63,699 nt of DNA, filler included, from Nitrospirae bacterium CG2_30_53_67 (GCA_001873285.1; 6 parts of 6 records of this genome joined end to end with filler, not necessarily neighbours in it); one strand, 5' to 3'. Positions 40,442 to 51,198 are shown, counted from the first letter of the whole stretch. Program-made: numbers and translations. The notes: generated from the sequence alone by a model not told the origin.

Positions 40442-42076
40442 ATGTTTGATGAGAAGTTCCGGGATGAGATGCAGGAGATGATCGATGATTTCATCAAGGA
40501 GACCAGGGAGAACCTCTCCAAGCTGGAATCCGATCTTATCGACCTGGAGAAAGATCCGGAAAACCAGGAATTGTTGAACGGCGTTTTCCGTATCATGCAT
40601 TCTCTTAAAGGATCTTCCGGGTTTCTCGGATTGTCCGGGATCGCCGAAGCGGCCCACCGGTCGGAGAGCCTCCTCAATCAGTTGAGACGAGGGGCCGTGA
40701 TGTTGACTCCGGAAGTCATGGATGTGATTTTACAGGCGGTGGATCGCATCAAGGCGGGGCTTCTCGAAATCAAAACAGGGAAGGAGGCCGTTGGACCCGG
40801 CGGCAGGCTTCCCGATCAAAAAAAGCGGGAAGAACCGGATCTTCTGAAAACCGGTCTTCAGGGAAAAACGCGCCTTGATTCCGGCCAAGATCAGACCGTA
40901 CGCGTCGACGTGGAACGGCTCGACACCCTGATGAATTTGGTTGGGGAAATGATTCTTGCACGGAACCGGCTGTTCAAGATCAACCGGGAACTGGAGGCAG
41001 CCTATGGCGATGATGAGAAGATCCAGTCTCTAATGGATGCCGTCCTTCATTTTGGATCCCTGACCGAGGATCTGCAGACGGCCGTGCTCAAGACCCGCAT
41101 GCAGCCGATGCAAAAGGTTTTCAGTAAAATACCAAGAATAGTGCGAGATCTTTCAAAAGGGAACATGAAATGGATAGATGTCCTGGTCTCCGGAGGGGAT
41201 ACGGAGGTGGACAAATCCATCATTGAAGAGATCACGGATCCCCTGATGCATCTGATCCGAAATGCCGTGGATCATGGCATTGAGGCCCCGGACATTCGGA
41301 GGCTTCATGGAAAACCTGAGACAGGGAAAATAGGTGTTGCAGCGGTTTATGCGGGTGATCAGATTGTGATTGAAGTCGAAGATGACGGGATGGGAATGGA
41401 TCCGGAAAAACTGCGCCTAAAAGCGGTGGAGAAAAAATGGCTGGATCCGGCCTCGGCGGAAAGACTCCAGGAAAAGGAATGCCTGAACTTGATTTTCATG
41501 CCGGGATTCAGCACGGCGGAAGAGGTTACGGAAACCTCCGGCCGCGGGGTCGGCATGGATGTGGTCAAAACAAACATCGGGAGGCTCAACGGCTCCATCA
41601 CCCTGGAGAGCCATGCCGGAAAAGGGACCCGATTCCTGATCCGTGTTCCGGTTTCCGTGGCCATCATCAGGGCCTTGATGATCGGTGTGGGAAAGGAGAC
41701 ATTTGCAGTTCCCCTGAGTTCCGTGATCAGGACCCTGTGTCTTTCCGCCCAAGAAATGAATACCATCCGGGAGACGGAAGCCGTCAGGATCGGCGGTGAG
41801 CTCGTTCCTCTGATTCAACTTTCCCAAGAGTTTGATATTCCACTTTCCGGAATGGAAGTCGGCGCCAGGATGTATATCGTCCTGATCAAAGCGGCGGAGA
41901 AGAAGGCCGCGCTGATGGTATCGGAGATCCAAGGGCAGGAGGAGATCGTGATTAAACCCCTTTGCCATGACCTTGGAACGAACCGTGTATTTTCAGGCGC
42001 AACGGTCAACGGCGGAGGGAAGGTGGTCATGATTCTCGATGCCGGCGGGCTGATCGGTCAACATGTCATGGTATGA
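40442..42076 (+). CDS. cheA: Chemotaxis histidine kinase (no P2 domain)
   Basis: FRIMHSLKG, HLIRNAVDHGIE, SGRGVGMDVV, CheW domain. Confidence 0.95.
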   Translation: MFDEKFRDEMQEMIDDFIKETRENLSKLESDLIDLEKDPENQELLNGVFRIMHSLKGSSGFLGLSGIAEAAHRSESLLNQLRRGAVMLTPEVMDVILQAVDRIKAGLLEIKTGKEAVGPGGRLPDQKKREEPDLLKTGLQGKTRLDSGQDQTVRVDVERLDTLMNLVGEMILARNRLFKINRELEAAYGDDEKIQSLMDAVLHFGSLTEDLQTAVLKTRMQPMQKVFSKIPRIVRDLSKGNMKWIDVLVSGGDTEVDKSIIEEITDPLMHLIRNAVDHGIEAPDIRRLHGKPETGKIGVAAVYAGDQIVIEVEDDGMGMDPEKLRLKAVEKKWLDPASAERLQEKECLNLIFMPGFSTAEEVTETSGRGVGMDVVKTNIGRLNGSITLESHAGKGTRFLIRVPVSVAIIRALMIGVGKETFAVPLSSVIRTLCLSAQEMNTIRETEAVRIGGELVPLIQLSQEFDIPLSGMEVGARMYIVLIKAAEKKAALMVSEIQGQEEIVIKPLCHDLGTNRVFSGATVNGGGKVVMILDAGGLIGQHVMV

Positions 42077-42110
42077 CCTGTTCTTGCTTTTCGTATGGCG
42101 CGATTAAAAT

Positions 42111-43223
42111 ATGAGTATGACGGATCTGAAAAAGTTTATACGTGTATTGGTTGTTGATGACTCATTTTTTATGAGGGTGACCGTCAAAAGACTGCTCGAG
42201 ACCGATCCGGAGATTCAAGTCGTCGGTCTGGCAAGGGACGGGATGGAAGCGCTTGAGAAGGTCCATGCGCTGAATCCGGATGTGGTGACCCTGGATATCG
42301 AGATGCCGGTCATGGACGGTCTTGAGGCGCTCAGGATTATTATGGAAGAAAGGCCTCTTCCCGTGCTGATGCTGAGTTCAGTGACTCAGGAAGGGGCCGT
42401 ACAAACCCTTCAGGCATTGGACATGGGGGCTGTGGATTTCATTCCGAAGCGTGTCCAGTATATGAATACAGGGATCATCGGGATGAGGGATACCCTGATT
42501 CAGAAGGTCAGGGCCTGCGCCGTATCCCATCCGGCTCGTAAGAGCAAAAAGCGGATCTTTGAGCCGGACGTCAAAAAGAAATGGGTGGATGCCGGCTTTG
42601 AGAAGGCCTTCCAGGTTGTGGCCATCGGGGCCTCCACAGGGGGGCCTTGCGCCCTCAATGATGTGATTCCTTATCTTCCTGAAGATCTGCCTGCCGCCGT
42701 GCTGATCGTACAGCATATGCCCAAAGGATATACAAAGGCCCTTGCCGACCGGCTGAGCCGAATAAGCAAAATCACCGTGAAGGAAGCCGAAGACGGAGAG
42801 GAAATCGTTCCCGGCCGCGTCCTGATCGCCCCTGCAGGAGAGAATCTTTCGGTCATCCGAAACAAGCAGGGAAGGGGGGTGATCAGGCTCTTCATGGGAC
42901 TCGATCAATCCGGATTTTGTCCGTCCGTTGATGTCATGATGCGTTCCGTGGCCGAGGTCTACAAAGATCGGGCGGTGGGAATCCTGATGACCGGCATGGG
43001 GCATGACGGCATGGAAGGAATGAAAGCCATCAAAGAGAACCTCGGGAAGACCATGGCCCAGGACCAGGAGAGCTGTGTGGTTTACGGCATGCCCAGATCC
43101 GTAGTGGAGATAGGCATTGTGGATCATATCGTGCCGTTGAGCCGTCTTTCCGAAAGGATTGTCGGCTGCATTGAGACGGAATGGGAAAGGGATATACAAA
43201 AGAGGAGAGCGGCGGCATCATGA
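42111..43223 (+). CDS. cheB: Chemotaxis methylesterase
   Basis: REC domain plus [19 protein letters not shown]. Confidence 0.95.
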   Translation: MSMTDLKKFIRVLVVDDSFFMRVTVKRLLETDPEIQVVGLARDGMEALEKVHALNPDVVTLDIEMPVMDGLEALRIIMEERPLPVLMLSSVTQEGAVQTLQALDMGAVDFIPKRVQYMNTGIIGMRDTLIQKVRACAVSHPARKSKKRIFEPDVKKKWVDAGFEKAFQVVAIGASTGGPCALNDVIPYLPEDLPAAVLIVQHMPKGYTKALADRLSRISKITVKEAEDGEEIVPGRVLIAPAGENLSVIRNKQGRGVIRLFMGLDQSGFCPSVDVMMRSVAEVYKDRAVGILMTGMGHDGMEGMKAIKENLGKTMAQDQESCVVYGMPRSVVEIGIVDHIVPLSRLSERIVGCIETEWERDIQKRRAAAS

Positions 43224-44503
43224 AGATCAAACATCAAATGACCATTTTTGCAATTCTTGTTTCGCTGGGTCTTCTTTTCCTGAGCGGGCTCACCTACCGG
43301 CTCCTGGAGGAACTGAAGTCCGCCCATATCCAAACGATCCCATACGGCGTGGAGGCGCCTGAATCCGGGCCGGACCGGAAAGGAGAAGCGATACCGGATA
43401 TGGAAGAGATGAAGGCAAGGATCAGCGGAGTTGAAGAGACCCTCTTTCCCGTGATCTTCGGGATCTTATGTCTTAATGGGTGTCTGATGTTTGTTTTATC
43501 AAGGAAGGTTTCGGATTCGCTCGGCAGGCTCTCCGACCTGACAGGATACATCGCATCCGGTGACTTTGTCTCTCAAGCGGATCCTGTGGAGACCCGCGAC
43601 GAATTCGGCGGTCTTTATGAAAACCTCCTTCGGATCAAGACGGGTCTGGGCCGTATCCTCCAGGATGTCGCCGCCCTTGGAACGCAGGTGGCCGGTTCTG
43701 CTGAGGAACTGCACGTCACCTCCGAGCAGATTGCGGCCGGCATGAAGGATCAGAACCGGAAGGAGGACTTTATTGCAACGGCCATTGAAGAGATGAACAA
43801 GACCATACAAAACGTGGCGCATAATGCCTCGGAATCCTTTCATGCAGCGGAAAAAATGGTTGAGATGGCGGAGCAGGGAAACCGAAAGACCGGTGAAACC
43901 ATCCAATCCATGGACCAGGTTTCCAAGATCCTGCATGAGGTCGGCGATATGGGAGGGTCCCTTTCCAGGAGGACGCAGGAGATCGGCAAGATTACCAAGG
44001 TGATTCATGACATCGTTGCAGAGACCCGTATTCTGGCCTTCAACGCGGCGATTGAGGCGGCCCATGCCGGGGAGCAGGGTAGAGGATTCGCCGTTGTGGC
44101 CGATGAAGTGCGGAAACTTTCAGAGAGAACCTCCAAGGCCACCCAGGAGATCGACAGGATGATCCAGGAGATCCAGGACGAAACCGGAGATACGGTTGCC
44201 GCCATGTGTGAGGGGATTGAAGACGTGGAGCAAGGGACCCTGAAGGCCCGGGAGTCTGGCGATGCCCTGCAGAAGATTGTCGAGAGCGTGACACAGGTGA
44301 AGGACATGATCATGCAGATCGCCAGATCCACCGAGGAGGAGAGCCAAACCTCGGACGAGATTGCCAGGAACGCCCAAGACATATCACAGGTCAGCAGGGA
44401 GACCATGAAAGGAAGCGAGACGTCTTTGAATGCCTGCGGGGAATTGAGCGCGCTTGCATCGGAACTTCTTCATAGGTTGTCGGTCTTTCAGGTTAAGAAA
44501 TGA
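43220..44503 (+). CDS. Methyl-accepting chemotaxis protein
   Basis: Two TM helices, [30 protein letters not shown]. Confidence 0.93.
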   Translation: MKIKHQMTIFAILVSLGLLFLSGLTYRLLEELKSAHIQTIPYGVEAPESGPDRKGEAIPDMEEMKARISGVEETLFPVIFGILCLNGCLMFVLSRKVSDSLGRLSDLTGYIASGDFVSQADPVETRDEFGGLYENLLRIKTGLGRILQDVAALGTQVAGSAEELHVTSEQIAAGMKDQNRKEDFIATAIEEMNKTIQNVAHNASESFHAAEKMVEMAEQGNRKTGETIQSMDQVSKILHEVGDMGGSLSRRTQEIGKITKVIHDIVAETRILAFNAAIEAAHAGEQGRGFAVVADEVRKLSERTSKATQEIDRMIQEIQDETGDTVAAMCEGIEDVEQGTLKARESGDALQKIVESVTQVKDMIMQIARSTEEESQTSDEIARNAQDISQVSRETMKGSETSLNACGELSALASELLHRLSVFQVKK

Positions 44504-44513
44504 GTGAAGGCGG

Positions 44514-45023
44514 TTGAAGGCCGCTGATTCCCGGACCGTGTTGGAAGGCATCATGACCGGTGATCTTTTAAAAGAAAAGGCGGAAGAGGTCTCATGGATC
44601 CAGCTCGTTACTTTTTTTGTGCACAGGGAAGAGTACGCATTGGATATCCGGTCTGCCCAGGAGATACTCCGTATTCCCGAAGTTACCCGCGTCCCCAAGA
44701 CGCCGTTTTTTCTTATGGGAGTGATGAACCTCCGTGGAAAAATCATCCCGATTGTGGATTTAAGGAAAAGACTCGGAATCTCTTCTTCCGCTCCCTCACC
44801 GGAAGATTCACGGGTTATCGTCGTGAACGATGACGGCAAGGTATCGGGGCTGGCCGTGGATTCCATGTCTCAGGTCTTGAGAATTGAGGCATCATCTATT
44901 GATCCCGTTCCATCGTTTTTTGAATCCCAATCTCCTGCGGAATTCATCCATGGGGTGATCCGATTGAACGGCCGGCTGTTGATTGTTCTGGACCTGAAAA
45001 TTCTGCTGTCCGATCCAATCTGA
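44514..45023 (+). CDS. cheW: Chemotaxis adaptor CheW (alternative ATG at 44553)
   Basis: GVMNLRGKIIPIVDLR. Confidence 0.93.
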   Translation: MKAADSRTVLEGIMTGDLLKEKAEEVSWIQLVTFFVHREEYALDIRSAQEILRIPEVTRVPKTPFFLMGVMNLRGKIIPIVDLRKRLGISSSAPSPEDSRVIVVNDDGKVSGLAVDSMSQVLRIEASSIDPVPSFFESQSPAEFIHGVIRLNGRLLIVLDLKILLSDPI

Positions 45024-45168
45024 AGATACTCTTGCAGACCCTTCCAGATTCTTTTTTGTCATATTTTTGGTGAATAAAATATTGTCTAAATGGGCTAAGT
45101 GTATTAAAATAAAATAAAAACGCTTTTAGTTCATTCAACTTCCATCATTTCACTCTTTTGGAGACCTT

Positions 45169-47127
45169 GTGTGCGGAATTGCAGGGATTGCGGGGAAAAG
45201 TGACCCGGCGTGCGTGGAGAGGATGTGTGATGCCCTTTTTCACCGAGGCCCGGATGATCAGGGGATCTTTTCAGAAAAGGAGGTCACCCTCGGCATGAGG
45301 CGTCTTGCCGTCATTGATTGTCAGGGGGGCCGTCAGCCGATCTCTAACGAGGATGCATCCGTCTGGATCGTATTCAATGGAGAAATCTATAATTTTCATG
45401 AAATACGCTCCGGGCTGGCGCGGCGCGGCCACAAGTTTACGACCTCATCGGATACCGAGGTCATCGTCCATCTCTATGAAGAATACGGCGAGGAATGTCT
45501 CAACCATCTTCGGGGGATGTTTGCCTTTGCCGTCTGGGACAGAGAAAAAGAGACCCTCTTTCTTGCCAGGGACCGGCTGGGGATCAAGCCTCTATTTTAT
45601 ACCTTTGACGGGAAATGCCTTGTTTTCGCCTCTGAAGTCAGGGCCCTTCTAAGCGCCGGGATATCCACGGACGGGTTGGATCCTGGGGCTTTGAATGATT
45701 TTCTGACCTACCTCTATGTGCCTGCGCCCAAGTCCATGTTCCGTTCCATCCGAAAGCTTCCTCCGGGCCATACCCTGACGTATTGCAGGGGGAAGATCAG
45801 GATCAGGCGGTATTGGAATCTTCATCTGCAGGAGGGTCATTCCCGTTTAACAGGCCGCCGCGAGGCTGAATACAGGGAAGAGGCGGAATCCCTGCTTCGT
45901 GAATCCGTCCGGATGCACCTGGTGAGCGATGTCCCGCTGGGGGCATTCCTGAGCGGAGGGATGGACTCCGGAAGCCTTGTGGCCCTGATGTCCGAATATT
46001 CCGGCGGGCCGGTCAAGACCTTCTCCATCGGTTACGGCGAGGAGGATGCCTCCTATAACGAACTCGATTCAGCGCGCATGACGGCCGATTTCTTCGGCGC
46101 CGATCATCACGAATTCATCCTCCAGCCGGACGTGGTGTCTCTGATCCCTGAAATCATCCGCGCGATGGGCGAGCCTTTCGCGGACTCATCCGCCATCCCG
46201 ACCTATCTGATCTCACGGGAGACGAAAAGATACGTGACCGTTGCCTTGAGCGGGATCGGAGGGGACGAGGTCTTCACCGGGTATCCGAGATACCTGGGCG
46301 TCCGGCTCTCAAGGATCTACGATTCGGTTCCCTATTCCGTCAGAAGGTATCTCTTCTCTCCCCTGGCCGGACGGCTCCCCGAGAGTACACGGAGCAGGAA
46401 TGTCGCCGGATGGATCAAACGGTTTGTCAGAGGAGGGCTCATGGATCCGGTGTCACGGTATCTAAGCTGGATCTCCTTTTTCAGCCCGGAGATGAAAGGG
46501 GCCCTGTATTCGGATGACTTCAAGGATCTGCTCGTGAGCTGTGATGAGACCGATATCCACAGGACGTTCATGGGTCAGGAGACAAAACTCGATGAGGTGC
46601 AGAGGGTATCCTATCTTGATCTGAACACCTACCTTCCTGATGACCTCCTGTTCATGGGCGACGCCATGAGTATGGCCCATTCCCTGGAACTTCGGGTTCC
46701 TTTCTGCGACCATCATCTGATCGAATTCATGATCAATGTCCCGGCAAAGATCAAGATGAACGGGTGGCATTTAAAGGGAATGCTCAAGTCCATGATGAAA
46801 GATGTGCTTCCTCGAGAGATTCTGATGAAGAAGAAACAGGGCTTCATGGTGCCGATCGGCGCGTGGTTCAAACGGGACCTGCAGGGGTTCGTACGCGAGA
46901 CCCTTTTGTCGCAGCAAGCCATGGGAAGAGGGGTCTTTAACGCCGGTTTTGTTGAACGGATGATCGAAGACCATTTCCAGGGGAGGCAGGTCCTCACCCA
47001 CCAGATCTGGGCGCTGCTGACTTTTGAGATATGGTGCAGGCTCTTTATGGACCGGGAGGCATGTCCGGAAAAGGAGTCTGTTATGTGTGGCCCTATTCGT
47101 AAATACGATGGCATTCGAGTACCGTAG
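45169..47127 (+). CDS. asnB: Asparagine synthase (glutamine-hydrolysing)-type amidotransferase
   Basis: MCGIAG, HRGPD, FNGEIYN, LSGGMDS; last 13 aa derive from MITE B. Confidence 0.92.
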   Translation: MCGIAGIAGKSDPACVERMCDALFHRGPDDQGIFSEKEVTLGMRRLAVIDCQGGRQPISNEDASVWIVFNGEIYNFHEIRSGLARRGHKFTTSSDTEVIVHLYEEYGEECLNHLRGMFAFAVWDREKETLFLARDRLGIKPLFYTFDGKCLVFASEVRALLSAGISTDGLDPGALNDFLTYLYVPAPKSMFRSIRKLPPGHTLTYCRGKIRIRRYWNLHLQEGHSRLTGRREAEYREEAESLLRESVRMHLVSDVPLGAFLSGGMDSGSLVALMSEYSGGPVKTFSIGYGEEDASYNELDSARMTADFFGADHHEFILQPDVVSLIPEIIRAMGEPFADSSAIPTYLISRETKRYVTVALSGIGGDEVFTGYPRYLGVRLSRIYDSVPYSVRRYLFSPLAGRLPESTRSRNVAGWIKRFVRGGLMDPVSRYLSWISFFSPEMKGALYSDDFKDLLVSCDETDIHRTFMGQETKLDEVQRVSYLDLNTYLPDDLLFMGDAMSMAHSLELRVPFCDHHLIEFMINVPAKIKMNGWHLKGMLKSMMKDVLPREILMKKKQGFMVPIGAWFKRDLQGFVRETLLSQQAMGRGVFNAGFVERMIEDHFQGRQVLTHQIWALLTFEIWCRLFMDREACPEKESVMCGPIRKYDGIRVP

Positions 47128-47249
47128 GGCGTTCGGATCAAAGTTGCGCTCCCTGCGACGTACCACAGAGGTTACGCCTCAGTCGCGCGCCTTGATGAGA
47201 CCACCCTACGATCCTCTCGATGCTTCATCCTATTTACGAACAGGGCCAC
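47087..47249 (+). mobile_element. MITE family B, copy 3
   Basis: Same TIRs; overlaps the asnB 3' end. Confidence 0.85.
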
Positions 47250-47270
47250 CAAGTCAGACAAGGTAAGGTG

Positions 47271-48377
47271 ATGATGAGAGGCGGCGGATTTCTTCCCAAG
47301 AGGATCCTGGTGGTCAAGGCGGCGGGGATCGGTGATCTGATTCTTGCCGTTCCGGCGCTCAGGGCGCTCCGCGCAAGGTTCCCTGATGCGGCCATTGATC
47401 TTCTGGCGACCCCGAAGTGCAAGGATCTCTTAAAGCATTGCCCTTATCTGGACGATATCTATGTGATCCGAACCCAGGGCATGGCCAACCGGATCAAGGT
47501 CAAGGATCTTTGGGATATTCTCAGCCTGCTCTACCGGTTGAGGAAAAAACGGTATGACCTGCTGATCAACCTTTATCACCTCTTCTCGGACAGAGGGGCC
47601 TTCAGGATGAAGATCCTTTGCAAGGCCATCAAGGCAGGATTGACGGCCGGAAGAAACACGGACGGCAGGGGAGGATTCTACGATCTTTCGATCTTCGATT
47701 CGTGGGATGATCCGTCTTATGAACAAAGGCACGAGGTGGAACTGAACCTGGATGTGGTCAACCTGCTGGGAGCTTTTGATCCGGGCGATGGTCCCGAGTT
47801 TTTTGTGGATGATCGGGATCGTGCATCTCTGCAAAAGGTTCTGGACCGGCAAGGGATTTCATCAGGGGAAGGCCCCTGCATCATCCTGAATATAGGGGGG
47901 GATGCCGTGTACAAGCGTTGGCCTGAGGAGGATTTTGCCGTGCTCGGTGATCTGCTTTCCGAAAGGATTTCCGCAAGGCTCATCCTTGTCGGGGGGGAGG
48001 AGGACCGTTTTGTGGCTGATGGCGTCATCACGAAGATGAAAGCAAGGGCGGCGGATTTGGTGGGGAGACTCCGCATTCCGGAACTTGCGGCATTGATCGA
48101 GACCTCTGATCTCATGGTGACCAATGACACGGGCCCCATGCATCTTGCCGCGGCCCTAAGAATACCCGTGATCGCTCTCTTCGGGCCTGGGAAACCCGGC
48201 CGGTATGGACCGTATGGGCCTGAAGGGTTCCATGTGGTCATTCATCACCCTGTGTCATGCAGCCCGTGCACGGATTTTACATGCACAGAGCGGGAATGCA
48301 TGAGAAAGATCCGGCCTGAAGAGGTCTTTCAAAAAATCGTTGAGCGTCTCGCCTTGAGACAGGAGACATGCCTGTGA
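47271..48377 (+). CDS. Glycosyltransferase family 9 (heptosyltransferase-like)
   Basis: GIGDLIL, KRWP, TNDTGPMHLAAA, LFGP. Confidence 0.9.
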   Translation: MMRGGGFLPKRILVVKAAGIGDLILAVPALRALRARFPDAAIDLLATPKCKDLLKHCPYLDDIYVIRTQGMANRIKVKDLWDILSLLYRLRKKRYDLLINLYHLFSDRGAFRMKILCKAIKAGLTAGRNTDGRGGFYDLSIFDSWDDPSYEQRHEVELNLDVVNLLGAFDPGDGPEFFVDDRDRASLQKVLDRQGISSGEGPCIILNIGGDAVYKRWPEEDFAVLGDLLSERISARLILVGGEEDRFVADGVITKMKARAADLVGRLRIPELAALIETSDLMVTNDTGPMHLAAALRIPVIALFGPGKPGRYGPYGPEGFHVVIHHPVSCSPCTDFTCTERECMRKIRPEEVFQKIVERLALRQETCL

Positions 48378-49525
48378 AGAGAATCAGGGTCCTTCATGTC
48401 CATACCCTCCCCGTGGTGAGCGGCTCCGGGATCAATACCTACCTGACCATGAAGGGGATTCCCGTTGATCGTTTTGAATCGGCCCTGGCTTGCGCCCCAG
48501 GAGGAAAGTTGAACGAGATCGTGCGGGAGGCCGGGATGAAGGTCCATGAAGTACGAAACCTGGTCCAGCCGATTCACCCGCTGAAGGACGTCCTTGCGCT
48601 CTTTGAGATCATCAGGATCCTCAGACGGGAGAAGATCGACATCGTCCATACCCACAACTCCAAGGCAGGCTTCCTCGGAAGATTGGCGGGAAGGCTCGCA
48701 GGGACGCCGGTTATCATCCACACGGTGCATGGGTTTGCCTTTCACCAGTCAGAGTTCTTTCTGCGCCGCACGATCTTCAGGCTTCTGGAGAGACTGGCTG
48801 CTCCCTGGGCGGATCATACGATCTTTATTTCCCAGCCCATGATTGACTGGGCCGGGAAGGAAGGGATCCTGAGAGGGGCATCGTATTCGAAAATCTACAG
48901 CGGGATTGACCTGAATGCGTTTCATGGATACGGGAAAAAGGAACAAGGGAGTCTCAGGGAGGAACTCGGACTTGACAAAAAGAGCCGCGTCATCGGGTTT
49001 GTCTCGAAACTCTGGGAAGGGAAGGGGCATGACGTCGCGCTTTCCGCCATGGCCCATGTGGTGAAAGAGATACCGGATGCCAAGCTTCTTCTGGTAGGAG
49101 AAGGCCCCCTCAGGCCGAAACTTGAGGAACTGAGCAGGAATCTAAGGATTGAGAGTTCTGTGGTCTTCGCGGGATTCCGGACGAAGATTGCAGAGATCAC
49201 CTCTTTATGCGAACTTTGTATCCTCCCCTCGTTTTTTGAAGGGATGGGCCGCGTCCTCCTCGAGGCCGGCGCCTGCGGCAAGCCGGTTGTCGCGTCCAAT
49301 GTGGGAGGGATTCCCGATGTGGTTGTGGAGGGCGTCACCGGATTGCTTGTTCCGCCGGGAGATCCGGCCGCCCTGTCCGATGCCGTGCTCAGGTTGATGC
49401 GGGAGCCGAAATTAATCATAAAGATGGGCGAGGCCGCGAGGAAAAGAATCAACGAGAAATACGACGCCGGGACCATGGTCAGAGAAATCACGGCGTTGTA
49501 TGATGTCTATCTTAAAATTTGTTAG
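48368..49525 (+). CDS. Glycosyltransferase family 4
   Basis: HTHNSKAG, EGMGRVLLEA, VGGIPDVV. Confidence 0.92.
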   Translation: MPVKRIRVLHVHTLPVVSGSGINTYLTMKGIPVDRFESALACAPGGKLNEIVREAGMKVHEVRNLVQPIHPLKDVLALFEIIRILRREKIDIVHTHNSKAGFLGRLAGRLAGTPVIIHTVHGFAFHQSEFFLRRTIFRLLERLAAPWADHTIFISQPMIDWAGKEGILRGASYSKIYSGIDLNAFHGYGKKEQGSLREELGLDKKSRVIGFVSKLWEGKGHDVALSAMAHVVKEIPDAKLLLVGEGPLRPKLEELSRNLRIESSVVFAGFRTKIAEITSLCELCILPSFFEGMGRVLLEAGACGKPVVASNVGGIPDVVVEGVTGLLVPPGDPAALSDAVLRLMREPKLIIKMGEAARKRINEKYDAGTMVREITALYDVYLKIC

Positions 49526-49543
49526 TTTAGACCTCTGGATGTT

Positions 49544-49633
49544 TTCCCCCCTTTGGAAAAAGGGGGTTAGGGGGGATTTTTTCACATGCACGACCAGAAA
49601 TCCCCCTCCATTCCCCTTTTGCAAAGGGGGACT
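49544..49633. repeat. Inverted pair of CCCCCTTT..AAAGGGGG palindromic repeats
   Basis: Seen directly in the sequence. Confidence 0.7.
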
Positions 49634-49662
49634 TAAAAGCAAAGGGAAGGTCGGGTGACATC

Positions 49663-51198
49663 ATGGATTCACCGGCATTTTATTCGGTCCTCTTTATTTC
49701 CTCCCTCCTGCTCTGCTGGATTCTGACACCCCTTGCAGGACGCCTGGCCCTCAGGCTGGGATGTGTGGACCGGCCCGGCGGGAGGAAGATCCACTCCAGA
49801 AATATTCCTTACTTCGGGGGGATCGCCGTCTTCGTTTCTTTTCTGACGGTCTTCATGGCGGTCTATTATTATTACATTCCCAGTATCTCCATTGAGGGGC
49901 GCAGGGTCATGTTCGGTTTTGTTTTCGGCGGAGGCCTGATCCTGATCACCGGCCTGATCGACGATATCCGTTCAGTCCGTCCCAGCGTGAAACTCATGGG
50001 GCAGGCCGCTGCAGGGGTCATCCTTGCCGTCCTGGGCTTCCGGATCGAGGTCTTGACCAATCCATTCGGCGGAGAGATCCATTTTGGCGCAATCATGGGC
50101 GGGATTCTCACGGTGATCTGGGTCGTGAGCATGGTCAATGCCATGAATCTCATTGATGGTCTGGACGGCCTGGCCTCAGGCATTGCCTTCATTGTCTCCG
50201 TGACGCTTTTTGCCGTGGCCATCAATCGGAACGATCCCATGGACATGGTCATCACGGCCATCCTGGCCGGGAGTTGTCTGGGGTTTCTTCACCACAATTT
50301 TTTCCCTGCCCGGATTTTTCTCGGCGACGCGGGGAGCATGTTCCTCGGCTTTGTTCTGTCGGTCATCGGTATCCACGGCATACAAAAGAGCGCGACGGTC
50401 ATGGCGCTCCTGATTCCCCTTTCCGCACTGGCGGTGCCGGTGCTCGACACCCTGATGGCCTTGATCCGGCGGAGCAGGGTCAGGCGGGATCTCTTCTCGG
50501 CCGATCACGAACATCTGCACCACCGGCTGGTCAGGCTCGGCATCAGTGAGAAGAACGTGGTGCTCCTGATCTATTTTTTCTGCATCCATCTCGGGATTAC
50601 GGCGTTTGTCCTGACCCTGATCCCTGTGGATTACACGCTGATCATCCTTCTCCTGATCGCCATGGGGATCATGCTCGGGATCAAGACCCTCGCATTTATT
50701 GAAGAGAAGATGGCCATCCGCCTGCGTGAATCGGAAAAAGAATCCATGCTTGACGAAGAGACCGGCCTCAGCAGCTACCGGTATTTTACCCGCAGGGTCA
50801 TCGAGGAGATCAACAGCTGTGATCGTTATGACAAGCGGAAGTTCTCGCTCCTGATCTTTGAGATCAAAGGGCTCATTTCTTTCTTGGATCCATTCAAGAA
50901 GATCGAGGAAAGGCGTAAACGCTTCCGGTCTGTGGGGCGGTTCTTTCAGGAGAATATCCGGTCCAGCGATCTGGTTTCCTTTCTTGGAAACGAATCCTTC
51001 GTGATCCTGACCCCGGAGCAAGGAGAGGGCAAGGATTACCTGGTCGAACGGTTGAAGACGATCTTTGAAAACATGAGGGCCGATCTCTTCGGCCCCCTGT
51101 CGGAGCAAAAGGTCGAGCTGAAGATCCGTGCAGTTGATTATCCGGGGAACCAGGGGCTTGTTCAGGATCTCCTACGCGATGCCATGGAGGTCTCATGA
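49663..51198 (+). CDS. WecA/TagO-type undecaprenyl-P GlcNAc-1-P transferase fused to a degenerate GGDEF domain
   Basis: DRPGGRKIH, NAMNLIDGLDGL, FLGDAGS, HLHHRL; C-terminal DEETGL ... RSSDLVSFLGNESF. Confidence 0.85.
   Translation: MDSPAFYSVLFISSLLLCWILTPLAGRLALRLGCVDRPGGRKIHSRNIPYFGGIAVFVSFLTVFMAVYYYYIPSISIEGRRVMFGFVFGGGLILITGLIDDIRSVRPSVKLMGQAAAGVILAVLGFRIEVLTNPFGGEIHFGAIMGGILTVIWVVSMVNAMNLIDGLDGLASGIAFIVSVTLFAVAINRNDPMDMVITAILAGSCLGFLHHNFFPARIFLGDAGSMFLGFVLSVIGIHGIQKSATVMALLIPLSALAVPVLDTLMALIRRSRVRRDLFSADHEHLHHRLVRLGISEKNVVLLIYFFCIHLGITAFVLTLIPVDYTLIILLLIAMGIMLGIKTLAFIEEKMAIRLRESEKESMLDEETGLSSYRYFTRRVIEEINSCDRYDKRKFSLLIFEIKGLISFLDPFKKIEERRKRFRSVGRFFQENIRSSDLVSFLGNESFVILTPEQGEGKDYLVERLKTIFENMRADLFGPLSEQKVELKIRAVDYPGNQGLVQDLLRDAMEVS

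Noticed and set aside
50176..51108. Long antisense or shadow ORFs (also 6914-7582, 42378-43199, 56288-57124, 1806-2543)
   Set aside because: They overlap well-supported genes, have no recognisable motifs, and are expected from high GC3 codon bias.
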